Positions 9,721 to 18,598 of a stretch of 64,000 bases of DNA are shown piece by piece. The stretch is from IMG/VR virus record IMGVR_UViG_3300028864_000017, one strand, 5' to 3'. The stretch is from a virus (lineage: Duplodnaviria > Caudoviricetes). The position numbers and the translations under genes were made by a program. Numbering within the stretch: the stretch's first letter is position 1; each line of letters begins with the position of its first letter. The notes below the pieces were generated by a model. It did not search any database and was not told where the DNA came from. It saw nothing but the letters and a program-made list of their open reading frames with translations.

Positions 9721-9975
9721 ATGACAATATTTACACTAAGTCTTAATAATTTCTTTTTCGATATTGAAGATAATATTTTTTATCATAGATATAATAGTTT
9801 TAGAGTAAAGTTTGTGGAATTTCAGACACATAACGAATTTCATTTATATTACGGAGGTTACGATAATTATCTAGGAAGCTTTACTGATGAAGAAATATTT
9901 ATTAAAAAAATGAAAGATTATAATATTAAGATATTGAGATATAAAAAATTAAAAGAATTAGAACTCACAAAATAA
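9721..9975 (+). CDS. hypothetical protein with C-terminal RxKKL tag
   Basis: Ends LRYKKLKELELTK; preceded by TTTG-N20-TATCTTTA. Confidence 0.7.
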   Translation: MTIFTLSLNNFFFDIEDNIFYHRYNSFRVKFVEFQTHNEFHLYYGGYDNYLGSFTDEEIFIKKMKDYNIKILRYKKLKELELTK

Positions 9976-9982
9976 TAATCAT

Positions 9983-10285
9983 ATGCAAAAAAATATTTTA
10001 AATTTAGTAAATAGTTTTTGGAAATTTGATTCTGAACAACAACCATCATCAAGCTGGAATGATAAACAAGACTTATTAAAAGAGATTGAAAAAATTCAAT
10101 TTGAAGAACTTGCGTCTGTTCGAAATAAATTAAGTCCTATATATAATTTATTAACAATGTTAGAAAGTTCATCTGACGGAGAAAAAATAGTTATCAAAGA
10201 TTCATTATATTTATTGGTAATATCTGAGATTAAAAAATCAAAAGAAGTTGTTGAATATATCGCTAAAAAAGATTTAGAAAAATGA
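9983..10285 (+). CDS. hypothetical protein
   Basis: 100-aa ORF. Confidence 0.7.
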   Translation: MQKNILNLVNSFWKFDSEQQPSSSWNDKQDLLKEIEKIQFEELASVRNKLSPIYNLLTMLESSSDGEKIVIKDSLYLLVISEIKKSKEVVEYIAKKDLEK

Positions 10286-10734
10286 TTGATGAAAATGTTT
10301 TATTTTTAACTTTCGATGCATCAGGATTTAATGGTCCTCGTCTTAAATATTATAAAGGAGAAATTTATAAGTTTGTAAAAATAGAATATCCTGGTCTGAA
10401 ATTTAATAGCACATTTACCTGTGTTGTAAATTATAGTATTGATATTAAATTGATACGTAAATTGAAATTGATGAGTGTAGCAAATCAAATAAAACATAAT
10501 AGCAAAGAAGATTTAATATTAAGTTTTATTGAAAAATCAAAGACTCTTAATGATAAAAAAGAATTTCATTATCCTAATCCTAATTATTGGTATAACTCAG
10601 ATGTTGGAAATGATATACTATTTGAAGAAAGAGAAATGTTAAGAGTTGAAAAATTAGAAAGCAACAAAAACAAATCAAAAATGTATAGTCAAAAAATAAA
10701 ACAATACAACAATAACAGAAACTATCGTAGATAA
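10282..10734 (+). CDS. hypothetical protein
   Basis: 150 aa, ATGA overlap with previous gene; internal IRKLKL motif. Confidence 0.7.
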   Translation: MIDENVLFLTFDASGFNGPRLKYYKGEIYKFVKIEYPGLKFNSTFTCVVNYSIDIKLIRKLKLMSVANQIKHNSKEDLILSFIEKSKTLNDKKEFHYPNPNYWYNSDVGNDILFEEREMLRVEKLESNKNKSKMYSQKIKQYNNNRNYRR

Positions 10735-10737
10735 TTT

Positions 10738-11019
10738 ATGAAAGAAGATACATGGAAAGATATTTTTATTAGACAAATTGGTTCTGGTAGATTTTGGAAA
10801 AATTTACTAAATAATGATTTTGATAATAGAAAATTTTTAGATAGAAGTGATGCAGTTTATATCTGCAAAAAAGCTCAATCTGACGCTTATGATAATTTAA
10901 TTATAATCCTAAATAAAGATTATGATATTGATAAAGAGATTATAATTAATATTAAAAAAATACAATTTGAATTGTGGAATACTGATGATTCAGGATTAGG
11001 ATTAATAAAATTAAAATAG
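10738..11019 (+). CDS. hypothetical protein
   Basis: 93-aa ORF. Confidence 0.7.
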   Translation: MKEDTWKDIFIRQIGSGRFWKNLLNNDFDNRKFLDRSDAVYICKKAQSDAYDNLIIILNKDYDIDKEIIINIKKIQFELWNTDDSGLGLIKLK

Positions 11020-11907
11020 ATGAATAAATATTTCACATATACAATAAAAGACAAAAAAGATAAAAATTATCTTTTTATTAAATATCTTATTGTAACTAAT
11101 ATAAAATTTTCAAGTTATCATGAATGCGAATATGGTGAGTATATAACTTTCAGTGTTAATAATAACATTCCAAGAAAATTAAAATTAAAAGTTCTAAATA
11201 ACATAAAAATTAGTTATGAAGAACAACAAATTTTAGAAATTATTAGTCAGTCTACACCAGGTGTGAGAATGGATGTTATGTGTGGTTCTGATTTTAATCA
11301 CACTTCTGAAACAGCAAAAAATTTCTCAAATACAAACAACGTAATTTGCAGTTTCAATTTTAATGGTATAATTTGTTTAATTGACAAAAGTACAAATCTC
11401 AATAATTTATATAAGTATTATAATGATGCTCATTTGATGGAATGGGCTAAAATTGGTCCTATATGTGATGATGAATATGATGATAAAACTAAAATTGAGT
11501 ATGAAAAAAAATTAAAAATATCTGAGGAAAAATCTATAAAAAGAAGAATTGAAGAACACAAAAAAGATATTGAAGTTAAAAGAAAGTATAAAGAAAAAAT
11601 AAAAGGAATTGATATTGAACTATTAAATCAAAAAGATTGGGATGATTGGAAGTTAAAAAATAAAGATTCATACGGAAATTGTGTATTTGAATATGCTGAA
11701 GGATGGGCTAAATTAATGCAATCAGAAGCAAAATCAAAAAGTAAAGAAATTGATATTGAATTACTAAAAGAAATTGCAAGTAAAACATCATTTGAAATGG
11801 ATTTTTTAGGAATATCAGGATCAATGTTTTATGCAGCTCAATCAATTCTTGTACAATGTTGGAAATATGGTAGTTTACTTAAAGAATGGAGTGAAATCAA
11901 TAAATGA
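11020..11907 (+). CDS. hypothetical phage protein, probably two domains
   Basis: 295 aa; internal PRKLKLKVL motif; Trp-rich C-terminal domain. Confidence 0.75.
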   Translation: MNKYFTYTIKDKKDKNYLFIKYLIVTNIKFSSYHECEYGEYITFSVNNNIPRKLKLKVLNNIKISYEEQQILEIISQSTPGVRMDVMCGSDFNHTSETAKNFSNTNNVICSFNFNGIICLIDKSTNLNNLYKYYNDAHLMEWAKIGPICDDEYDDKTKIEYEKKLKISEEKSIKRRIEEHKKDIEVKRKYKEKIKGIDIELLNQKDWDDWKLKNKDSYGNCVFEYAEGWAKLMQSEAKSKSKEIDIELLKEIASKTSFEMDFLGISGSMFYAAQSILVQCWKYGSLLKEWSEINK

Positions 11908-12542
11908 AAATAATAAAAGAAACTTGTTATAAAGGAACTAGAATTTTAGTCGGAGGAGAAAAAAGAGAATTAATAAATTCAATGATTAAAATATTAATTG
12001 ATGAATATCATTTTCAGGAAATTCAAATACCAATCATTCAATTTCAAGAATTGTTTCAAAATAAGGTAGGAGAAGAAAATAACAATATGATGTACAATTT
12101 TAAAGATAGAGGAGATAGAGATTTATGCTTAGCTCCTGAATATACTGCAGTTGTTCAAAAACTATCTAAAACAACATACAAAAATGAAAAAGATGTATTA
12201 TTATTCTATGTTTGTGAATGCTTTCGTGGAGAAAAACCACAGCATGGAAGATTTCGTCAATTCACTCAATTTGGAGTTGAAATATTAAATCCTACTCATG
12301 ATTATCTATCAGAAGGAGCAAACTTACAACATTTAGCAATGAAATTATTAACAAAAAATTTCACTGATAATATTGATGATTATGTTATTAACAATGATGT
12401 AAAAAGAGGACTTGATTATTACAAAAATGGTAAGGGATTTGAAATAACTTGCGAAAAATTAGGATCATCAAAACAGATTTGTGGAGGAGGAGAATATGAT
12501 GGAGGAGTTGGATTTGCAATAGGAATTGACAGATTAATATAA
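11904..12542 (+). CDS. histidyl-tRNA synthetase-like protein, catalytic domain only
   Basis: Class II motifs: GTR, MYNFKDRG..LCLAPEYT, FRGEKPQHGRFRQFTQFGVE, GGGEYD..GFAIGIDRL; ends right after motif 3 at 212 aa. Confidence 0.85.
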   Translation: MKIIKETCYKGTRILVGGEKRELINSMIKILIDEYHFQEIQIPIIQFQELFQNKVGEENNNMMYNFKDRGDRDLCLAPEYTAVVQKLSKTTYKNEKDVLLFYVCECFRGEKPQHGRFRQFTQFGVEILNPTHDYLSEGANLQHLAMKLLTKNFTDNIDDYVINNDVKRGLDYYKNGKGFEITCEKLGSSKQICGGGEYDGGVGFAIGIDRLI

Positions 12543-12587
12543 ACTATAAATAAAATATTGAATATAAATAATTAAATTAAAAATAAT

Positions 12588-12941
12588 ATGAAAATAAGAA
12601 GTGGATTTGTGAGTAACTCAAGTAGCTCATCTTTTGTAATTTTATTACCTGAGAATTTTCTTGAAATTGTTGATTATGATAAAATTACTGATGGTGATGA
12701 AGATTTTCCATTAGACACGTTTAAAGAATTATTGAAAAAACTTATTGATGAAAATGGATTATATAATTATGATATTTATGAGTATATAATATCTAATGAC
12801 GTGGAAGATTATGATTTACCTGATAGTTTAAATGATGTTATTCGTCCATACATAATTGCAGAGGTTGAAGGTGGTCCAGATGAAGGACAAATTATTATTG
12901 CTGATACTAAAAAAATCAATGAAATTTTAAAAAAGAAATAA
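12588..12941 (+). CDS. FVSNSSSSSF-family protein 1
   Basis: Starts MKIRSGFVSNSSSSSF. Confidence 0.85.
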   Translation: MKIRSGFVSNSSSSSFVILLPENFLEIVDYDKITDGDEDFPLDTFKELLKKLIDENGLYNYDIYEYIISNDVEDYDLPDSLNDVIRPYIIAEVEGGPDEGQIIIADTKKINEILKKK

Positions 12942-12945
12942 AATT

Positions 12946-13386
12946 ATGAAAGTAAGAAATGGATTTGTAAGTAATAGTAGCAGTAGTTCTTTTATTGTTA
13001 CTATTAAAAATGGAGAAAAAATATCAAAAAATATTCTTATGAAGTTATTTGATTTAGACGAAAATTCTATATTATTCAACTTTGCAAATGGATTATCGGA
13101 TTGGATGATTAACAATCTTAAAGAAATGAGCATTAAAGATATATTTGAAAATTATTGTGATTCAGGTAAGAATTTATCAGATGAAGAAATGATAGATGAA
13201 ATAATTGAACAAGGATATCCTAATATATCTAGAGAAGATTTGTTAAGAATATTAAGAAAAGAATATCGTTATTATGAAGGTTCAGCATCTGATGATTCTG
13301 GAGATGGATTAGAAACTTATTTATGTGAAACAGGAATAAATGTCAACAATGATTTAATTCACATTCAAAGTGGAGGAGATTATTAA
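12946..13386 (+). CDS. FVSNSSSSSF-family protein 2
   Basis: Starts MKVRNGFVSNSSSSSF. Confidence 0.85.
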   Translation: MKVRNGFVSNSSSSSFIVTIKNGEKISKNILMKLFDLDENSILFNFANGLSDWMINNLKEMSIKDIFENYCDSGKNLSDEEMIDEIIEQGYPNISREDLLRILRKEYRYYEGSASDDSGDGLETYLCETGINVNNDLIHIQSGGDY

Positions 13387-13403
13387 AAAAATAAATTAAA
13401 AAT

Positions 13404-13796
13404 ATGAAAATAAGAAATGGATTTGTAAGTAATTCAAGTAGTTCATCATTTGTAGTAAGAGGAATTAAACTTACAATATATGATTTAGCAAAATGCTTGA
13501 ATATAAAAAATGAAGAATTTGAAGAAATTGAAGATGATTATGATAAATTTGAATTTTTTTCAAATAAACTTGATGATGAATTTAGAATTGAAGCAGATGG
13601 TAATTATTTTGGAGAAAAAGATTACAATACTCTTATTGTAGGTGATTCACTAGGTGGATTAGAAGATGGAGAAGTAACAGAATTTAAAGATCGTACAACA
13701 GAAGAAGATGATGCATTACGTCAAAAATTTGAAAAATATGGAATTACAGGAGTAATTAACACATATATTCAAATGGTGAGTAACGACAATTATTAA
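13404..13796 (+). CDS. FVSNSSSSSF-family protein 3
   Basis: Starts MKIRNGFVSNSSSSSF. Confidence 0.85.
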   Translation: MKIRNGFVSNSSSSSFVVRGIKLTIYDLAKCLNIKNEEFEEIEDDYDKFEFFSNKLDDEFRIEADGNYFGEKDYNTLIVGDSLGGLEDGEVTEFKDRTTEEDDALRQKFEKYGITGVINTYIQMVSNDNY

Positions 13797-13824
13797 ACCA
13801 GTTTAAAATAGAATTAATAATATT

Positions 13825-14271
13825 ATGACAAATAATCAAACTCATAACATATTTTACTTTCTTGGAATTATGATAAATGATAATAAAATTATAAATACAT
13901 CACCTGATTATTTAATAGAAAAAGCTAATGCATTTTTTAGTAAATTAGGAAAAGATGAATTTATATCTAATATTAAAAATATATATCGTTCTCAAAAACT
14001 AGATTACACTACTGAATTTTGGTTATCATATTGTCAAATATGGCATATTGATAAAAACAATTTTGAATTGTTAAATATTATTAATTTTATATTAAATTCA
14101 AATATTACTGATACTAAAAATGTGATTCAAAACTTTAAAAAATATATTGGAGATATTAATATCATTCCTGATTTAGATTTGAGTTTTAAATTGCATCCAA
14201 CATTATTAATACATATAAATAAAAGTATTGATTTTGATAGTAGATATTTAAAGTTATTATCACTAAAATAA
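13825..14271 (+). CDS. hypothetical protein
   Basis: 148 aa, ends SRYLKLLSLK. Confidence 0.7.
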   Translation: MTNNQTHNIFYFLGIMINDNKIINTSPDYLIEKANAFFSKLGKDEFISNIKNIYRSQKLDYTTEFWLSYCQIWHIDKNNFELLNIINFILNSNITDTKNVIQNFKKYIGDINIIPDLDLSFKLHPTLLIHINKSIDFDSRYLKLLSLK

Positions 14272-14291
14272 AAACAAAAGAAAATAAAAGA

Positions 14292-15329
14292 ATGACAAAT
14301 AATATAGCGTTAACGTATGATGATATTCAACTTATACCATTTTATAGTGAAGTAGAACATAGAAATAAAATTTCATTAACAACAAAACTATCTACAAATT
14401 ATGAGTTGATGATACCATTGGTAGCATCACCTATGGATACCGTTTGTGAGCATGAAATGGCGTTTAAAATGTTTCAATTAGGAGGAGTAGGATGTATTCA
14501 TAGATTCATGACTATTGAAGAACAAGTTGATGAAATCAAAAAATTAAAAAAATTAATTGATTATAGTTTATATAATCCTTTTATTAATGTACAGAATATT
14601 CCAATAATGGCATCAGTAGGCTCAAATGGAGATTTTTTAGAAAGGTCTAAATCATTAATAGAATCTGGAGTAAATGTAATTCTTATTGATGTTGCTCATG
14701 GACATCACATAAATGTCAAAAAAGCGATTAAAGAAATAAAAGGATTGAATTTAGGAGTGGATATAATTGCAGGTAATATTGCAACTGCAGAAGCCGCAAT
14801 TGATTTGCAAAATTGGGGAGCTGATGGACTAAGATGTGGTATTGGTGGCGGAAGTCTTTGTACAACTAGAATCAAGACAGGATTTGGTGTTCCAAATGTT
14901 ACAAGTTTAATAGAAATTTTAAATGTTGCAAAAGTACCAGTTATGGCTGATGGTGGAATTAGAACAAGTGGAGATATATCAAAGGCTCTTGCATTAGGTT
15001 CATCTACTATTATGTTAGGCTCACTATTAGCTGGAACAGAAGAATCACCAGGAAAGGTTATAGAGAGTCCTAATGGCTTATATAAACGATATAGAGGCTC
15101 TGCATCATTAGAAACAAAAACTGTTCATGGTCAAGCGGAAAGAAATGTGGAAGGAGAGTCAACAACAATTCCATTTAAAGGAGGAGTCAAATTTGTAATT
15201 GAAGGATTAATAAACGGTGTTCGTTCTGCATTATCTTATGGAGGTGCAAAAAATTTATCTGAATATCACCCTAAATGGTATCAAGTAACAAATGCTGGAA
15301 TTGCTGAAGCAAGACCACATTTATTATAA
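14292..15329 (+). CDS. IMP dehydrogenase / GMP reductase family protein (no CBS domains)
   Basis: LTYDDIQL, SPMDTV, IDVAHGH, GNIAT, GIGGGSLCTTR catalytic loop, ADGGI, YRGSAS, NVEG. Confidence 0.92.
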   Translation: MTNNIALTYDDIQLIPFYSEVEHRNKISLTTKLSTNYELMIPLVASPMDTVCEHEMAFKMFQLGGVGCIHRFMTIEEQVDEIKKLKKLIDYSLYNPFINVQNIPIMASVGSNGDFLERSKSLIESGVNVILIDVAHGHHINVKKAIKEIKGLNLGVDIIAGNIATAEAAIDLQNWGADGLRCGIGGGSLCTTRIKTGFGVPNVTSLIEILNVAKVPVMADGGIRTSGDISKALALGSSTIMLGSLLAGTEESPGKVIESPNGLYKRYRGSASLETKTVHGQAERNVEGESTTIPFKGGVKFVIEGLINGVRSALSYGGAKNLSEYHPKWYQVTNAGIAEARPHLL

Positions 15330-15347
15330 AAATAAAAACATGATAAC

Positions 15348-15809
15348 ATGAAAATAAGAAATGGATTTGTTAGTAATTCATCATCAAGTAGTTTTATTGT
15401 TGGCATAGCCAAGATTAATGATTACAATGAATTTACACAATACACAAAAGATAATAATATTAAATTAGATTATGATGTTAAAGTATTAACCTTATCTAAT
15501 ATTAAAGAAAGTACTAATTATGATATACATTTTAATAACAATAAAATTTATGTAGATTCATTTCAAACAGATGCAAATTTAGATATTAAAGATTGTAAAG
15601 ATGAAGATTTATTTTTAGTTGTTAATATATGTAATAATGAAGGTGATTCAGATTTTATGACATCTGATTATGATGATATTGATTATGATATTGATATGTC
15701 ATTCTTTAATAAAAATGATAAAAACGTTTATAATGCATTTTATAGTAATAAATCGGGATTGGACTTAAATAAATCAGAAGTTTATTTTGGTGCAGGTCGA
15801 AATGGATAA
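15348..15809 (+). CDS. FVSNSSSSSF-family protein 4
   Basis: Starts MKIRNGFVSNSSSSSF. Confidence 0.85.
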   Translation: MKIRNGFVSNSSSSSFIVGIAKINDYNEFTQYTKDNNIKLDYDVKVLTLSNIKESTNYDIHFNNNKIYVDSFQTDANLDIKDCKDEDLFLVVNICNNEGDSDFMTSDYDDIDYDIDMSFFNKNDKNVYNAFYSNKSGLDLNKSEVYFGAGRNG

Positions 15810-15830
15810 AAAATAAAATAAAAATAAAAT

Positions 15831-16133
15831 ATGAAAATAAGAAATGGATTTGTTAGCAATTCATCATCAAGTAGTTTTGTTATAATTGGAGTCAAAAGAT
15901 TAGATTGTACAGAAGAAGAAGTTGAAAATGGATTTGAAAATGGAATAGAAGCACTTGATGTTGAAATGTCTAATTATGGATATATTGTTGGATATATAAT
16001 TTCAAATGGTGAAGAATTAAATTCTAGTATAACACCAATATCTGTTATAATGGAAAAGTCAAAAATAGTAGCAGAAACATTAAATGTTGATATTAGTGAA
16101 GTAGAATTAATAACTGGAACTAGATATTGTTAA
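15831..16133 (+). CDS. FVSNSSSSSF-family protein 5
   Basis: Starts MKIRNGFVSNSSSSSF. Confidence 0.85.
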   Translation: MKIRNGFVSNSSSSSFVIIGVKRLDCTEEEVENGFENGIEALDVEMSNYGYIVGYIISNGEELNSSITPISVIMEKSKIVAETLNVDISEVELITGTRYC

Positions 16134-16150
16134 TATAAATAATATAAAAT

Positions 16151-16789
16151 ATGAAAATAAGAAATGGATTTGTAAGTAACTCATCATCTAGTAGCTTTAT
16201 AATTTCTAACAACAATTTTGAAAGTTTACGTGATCTTGCTACGCATATGATTAAATCGAAATATGATGATTATATGGGTAATACTGGAAGAGATAAACAA
16301 TATGATAAATATAGAATAAAAGAGCATGATTTATACATTAATGGGCTAAAAAATATAGACAAAAATCAGGCAATAACATTTCAAAGTTGTAACTATGATA
16401 CTTATATAAAAAAAGTAGCAGATTGCTATTTAGTTTCTACTAGTAATAACGAAGATTGGGATTTATGGCAATTTAGCACTAAATTAACTGATGATGCAAA
16501 ATCAGAATTACGAATATTATTACAAAAATATAAGGAAGATGATGATGAATGGTGCAGCATAACCAGTCTACTTGATGGTGATAGTGAATTTTATTCTTTT
16601 GATAATGATTATTATTCTTTAGATTATCAATTATTAGGAAAAGAAAGTTATGAATCTTGTCCAATATGTGATAAAAAAGGAGATTTTAATTATATGTGGG
16701 AAACAAAAAAGCACGGTCTTATATGTCCAGTATGTAATACAGTATATAAAAGAAAAGATAAATTAGATGAAATAACTAAAAATTTATAA
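16151..16789 (+). CDS. FVSNSSSSSF-family protein 6 with C-terminal Zn ribbon
   Basis: Same N-terminal motif; CPIC...CPVC; ends KRKDKLDEITKNL. Confidence 0.85.
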   Translation: MKIRNGFVSNSSSSSFIISNNNFESLRDLATHMIKSKYDDYMGNTGRDKQYDKYRIKEHDLYINGLKNIDKNQAITFQSCNYDTYIKKVADCYLVSTSNNEDWDLWQFSTKLTDDAKSELRILLQKYKEDDDEWCSITSLLDGDSEFYSFDNDYYSLDYQLLGKESYESCPICDKKGDFNYMWETKKHGLICPVCNTVYKRKDKLDEITKNL

Positions 16790-16861
16790 TATTTTTGATT
16801 AAAATATTATAATATCAAATATTTTTTATAATTTTGTAAATAAAAATAAAAATAAAAATAT

Positions 16862-17053
16862 ATGTTAGAATTATTAAAATATGCTACTTCAGATTTTTGG
16901 ACATTTATATTTTGTTTTTTCATAATTTCTGTAATTGGAAGTTTTATAGTGGAAATATTCAACGCAATTTTTAAAAAGTCAGAGATTAGAATAGATTTAA
17001 CAGATAAAAAAGATAAACCAGATAAAACAGATAAAACAGATAATAAAAAATAG
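16862..17053 (+). CDS. small membrane protein
   Basis: One TM helix followed by DK(P/T) repeats. Confidence 0.65.
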   Translation: MLELLKYATSDFWTFIFCFFIISVIGSFIVEIFNAIFKKSEIRIDLTDKKDKPDKTDKTDNKK

Positions 17054-17054
17054 T

Positions 17055-17579
17055 ATGAAAATAAGAACTGGATTTGTAAGCAATTCATCATCAAGTAGTT
17101 TTGTAGTTATCTTCCCATTTGAACCGAAATGTATGGAAGATGTAAAAAAAATTCTTTTTAGGGAAGAACAGTTATATTATGGAGATGAAAATTATTCTGT
17201 AAATAAAGTTTCAGAAACTATCTGGAATGATATATGTGATCAAACTAAGAATGATATTGATAAGGCAAGTGAAATAATATCGAATGGATATTTGGAAATG
17301 GAAAATGATGCTCCTGATTTTGATGATTTTAAATATATTGAAGATAGAAATGAAAGATGGGAAGCATTTGCAGAAGCTAAAGATAAATATTCAAAAAAAT
17401 TACTTAAAGAATTTTTCAATGTAAGAAAATTAAAACTTCAAGTTATTGATGGTAAAGAGGTAAATGATGGAGTGATGTATTGTTTTAGTTTTTCAGATAA
17501 TGATGGAGAATATTATAGTGCACTTGAACATGATGGAATATTCAACAAATTAAAAAATATAACTGTCAATTGTCATTGA
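17055..17579 (+). CDS. FVSNSSSSSF-family protein 7
   Basis: Starts MKIRTGFVSNSSSSSF. Confidence 0.85.
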   Translation: MKIRTGFVSNSSSSSFVVIFPFEPKCMEDVKKILFREEQLYYGDENYSVNKVSETIWNDICDQTKNDIDKASEIISNGYLEMENDAPDFDDFKYIEDRNERWEAFAEAKDKYSKKLLKEFFNVRKLKLQVIDGKEVNDGVMYCFSFSDNDGEYYSALEHDGIFNKLKNITVNCH

Positions 17580-17581
17580 TT

Positions 17582-17617
17582 AAATAAAAAAGCTTCTAAA
17601 AAGAAGCTTTTTTTATT
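17582..17617. terminator. bidirectional terminator
   Basis: aaataaaaaagcttct-aaaa-agaagcttttttattt between convergent genes. Confidence 0.75.
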
Positions 17618-17855
17618 TCCAATTTCTTTTTGCTCTAATAGCAAAATTAATTTCTTGTTCTTGATCAATAATACTCTTTGGAACATCTTTGCCTTCATCT
17701 TGATATTTCTTACTTCTTTTTTTAAGTGATGATAATTCACTCTCCAACTCATCAATAGTTTTACCTGCATGTTCACCAGTATGTTTAACTTTAACTTTCT
17801 CATCCCATTTTTCATTCATAGATTTATAATCTATAAAATTTTTCATCATTTTCAT
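17613..17855 (-). CDS. small hypothetical (putative virion) protein
   Basis: MKNFIDYKSMNE start resembles capsid-targeting motif. Confidence 0.7.
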   Translation of the reverse strand: MKMMKNFIDYKSMNEKWDEKVKVKHTGEHAGKTIDELESELSSLKKRSKKYQDEGKDVPKSIIDQEQEINFAIRAKRNWK

Positions 17856-18033
17856 GTTTATAATATCATTTTCAGTATATATTTATATTGTAATGTTATC
17901 AAACTATAAAATATAAATGAAAATATAAGTAAAATATTAAAAAACAATAAAATATTTGGTAAACAATTCAAACCGAAGTACATTTGTATTGAAATTAAAA
18001 CAACAATCATTTAAATCATCTAAATTAAAAATT

Positions 18034-18198
18034 ATGACTACTAATTCAAGTAAATCAGAAAAAGTTTTCTTTTTGACTAAATCAGAATACAATGGAATTA
18101 AAGAAGTTGTAAATCTAAAAAATTTCACCAGAGTTCCAGGTGCAAATAAAGAAGTTGGTGGCTTCTCATTTTATGCAAAGAAAGAAAATGTTCTATAA
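18034..18198 (+). CDS. small hypothetical protein, copy 1
   Basis: MTTNSSKSEKVFFLT...GGFSFYAKKENVL, 54 aa. Confidence 0.75.
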   Translation: MTTNSSKSEKVFFLTKSEYNGIKEVVNLKNFTRVPGANKEVGGFSFYAKKENVL

Positions 18199-18291
18199 AA
18201 AATCATAAAATATTTTGACAATTTAAAAAAATATAGTAATTTTGTATTGAAAATAAAACAATAATCATTTAAATCATTTAAATTAAACATT

Positions 18292-18462
18292 ATGACAACT
18301 AATTCAAGTAAATCAACAAAAGTTTTCTTTTTGACTCAAAATGAGTATAATGTTATTAAAGAGGTAGTAAACCTTAAAAATTTCACCAGAGTTCCAGGAA
18401 TAAATAAAGAAGTTGGTGGCTTCTCATTTTATGCAAAGAAAGAAAAAGAACTTGCAATGTAA
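18292..18462 (+). CDS. small hypothetical protein, copy 2 (not in ORF track)
   Basis: MTTNSSKSTKVFFLT...GGFSFYAKKEKELAM, 56 aa, paralog of 18034-18198. Confidence 0.75.
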   Translation: MTTNSSKSTKVFFLTQNEYNVIKEVVNLKNFTRVPGINKEVGGFSFYAKKEKELAM

Positions 18463-18482
18463 TATAAAAAATAATATAGTAT

Positions 18483-18526
18483 AAAAAATAACCTTTTTTT
18501 CTTAATTGAAAAGAAAGGTTATTTTT
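18483..18526 (+). terminator. intrinsic terminator
   Basis: aaaaataacctttt...aaaggttattttt hairpin. Confidence 0.65.
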
Positions 18527-18598
18527 ATAAAAATAAGATTATAAACATTTTGTAAATTGATAATTTTTTATTACTTTTATACTCCAAATTAAAAATAA

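Larger units (their letters stand above)
17945..18462 (+). repeat. tandem duplication (about 258-bp period) of promoter plus mini-gene
   Basis: Two copies, each with TTTG-N19/20-TAnnTTTG and a near-identical ORF. Confidence 0.9.

Noticed and set aside
10738-11907. TAG at 11017-11019 followed immediately by an in-frame ATG (possible read-through fusion)
   Set aside because: A single instance with a proper ATG; no other support for TAG read-through.
11904-12542. HisZ (ATP-PRT regulatory subunit) or a frameshifted hisS pseudogene
   Set aside because: Much shorter than HisZ, with catalytic motif 2 and 3 residues retained; the downstream DNA encodes an unrelated gene rather than an anticodon-binding domain.
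12588-17579. FVSNSSSSSF motif as a DNA-level repeat or recombination site
   Set aside because: Ser codons alternate between TCN and AGY differently in each copy, so amino-acid identity exceeds nucleotide identity.
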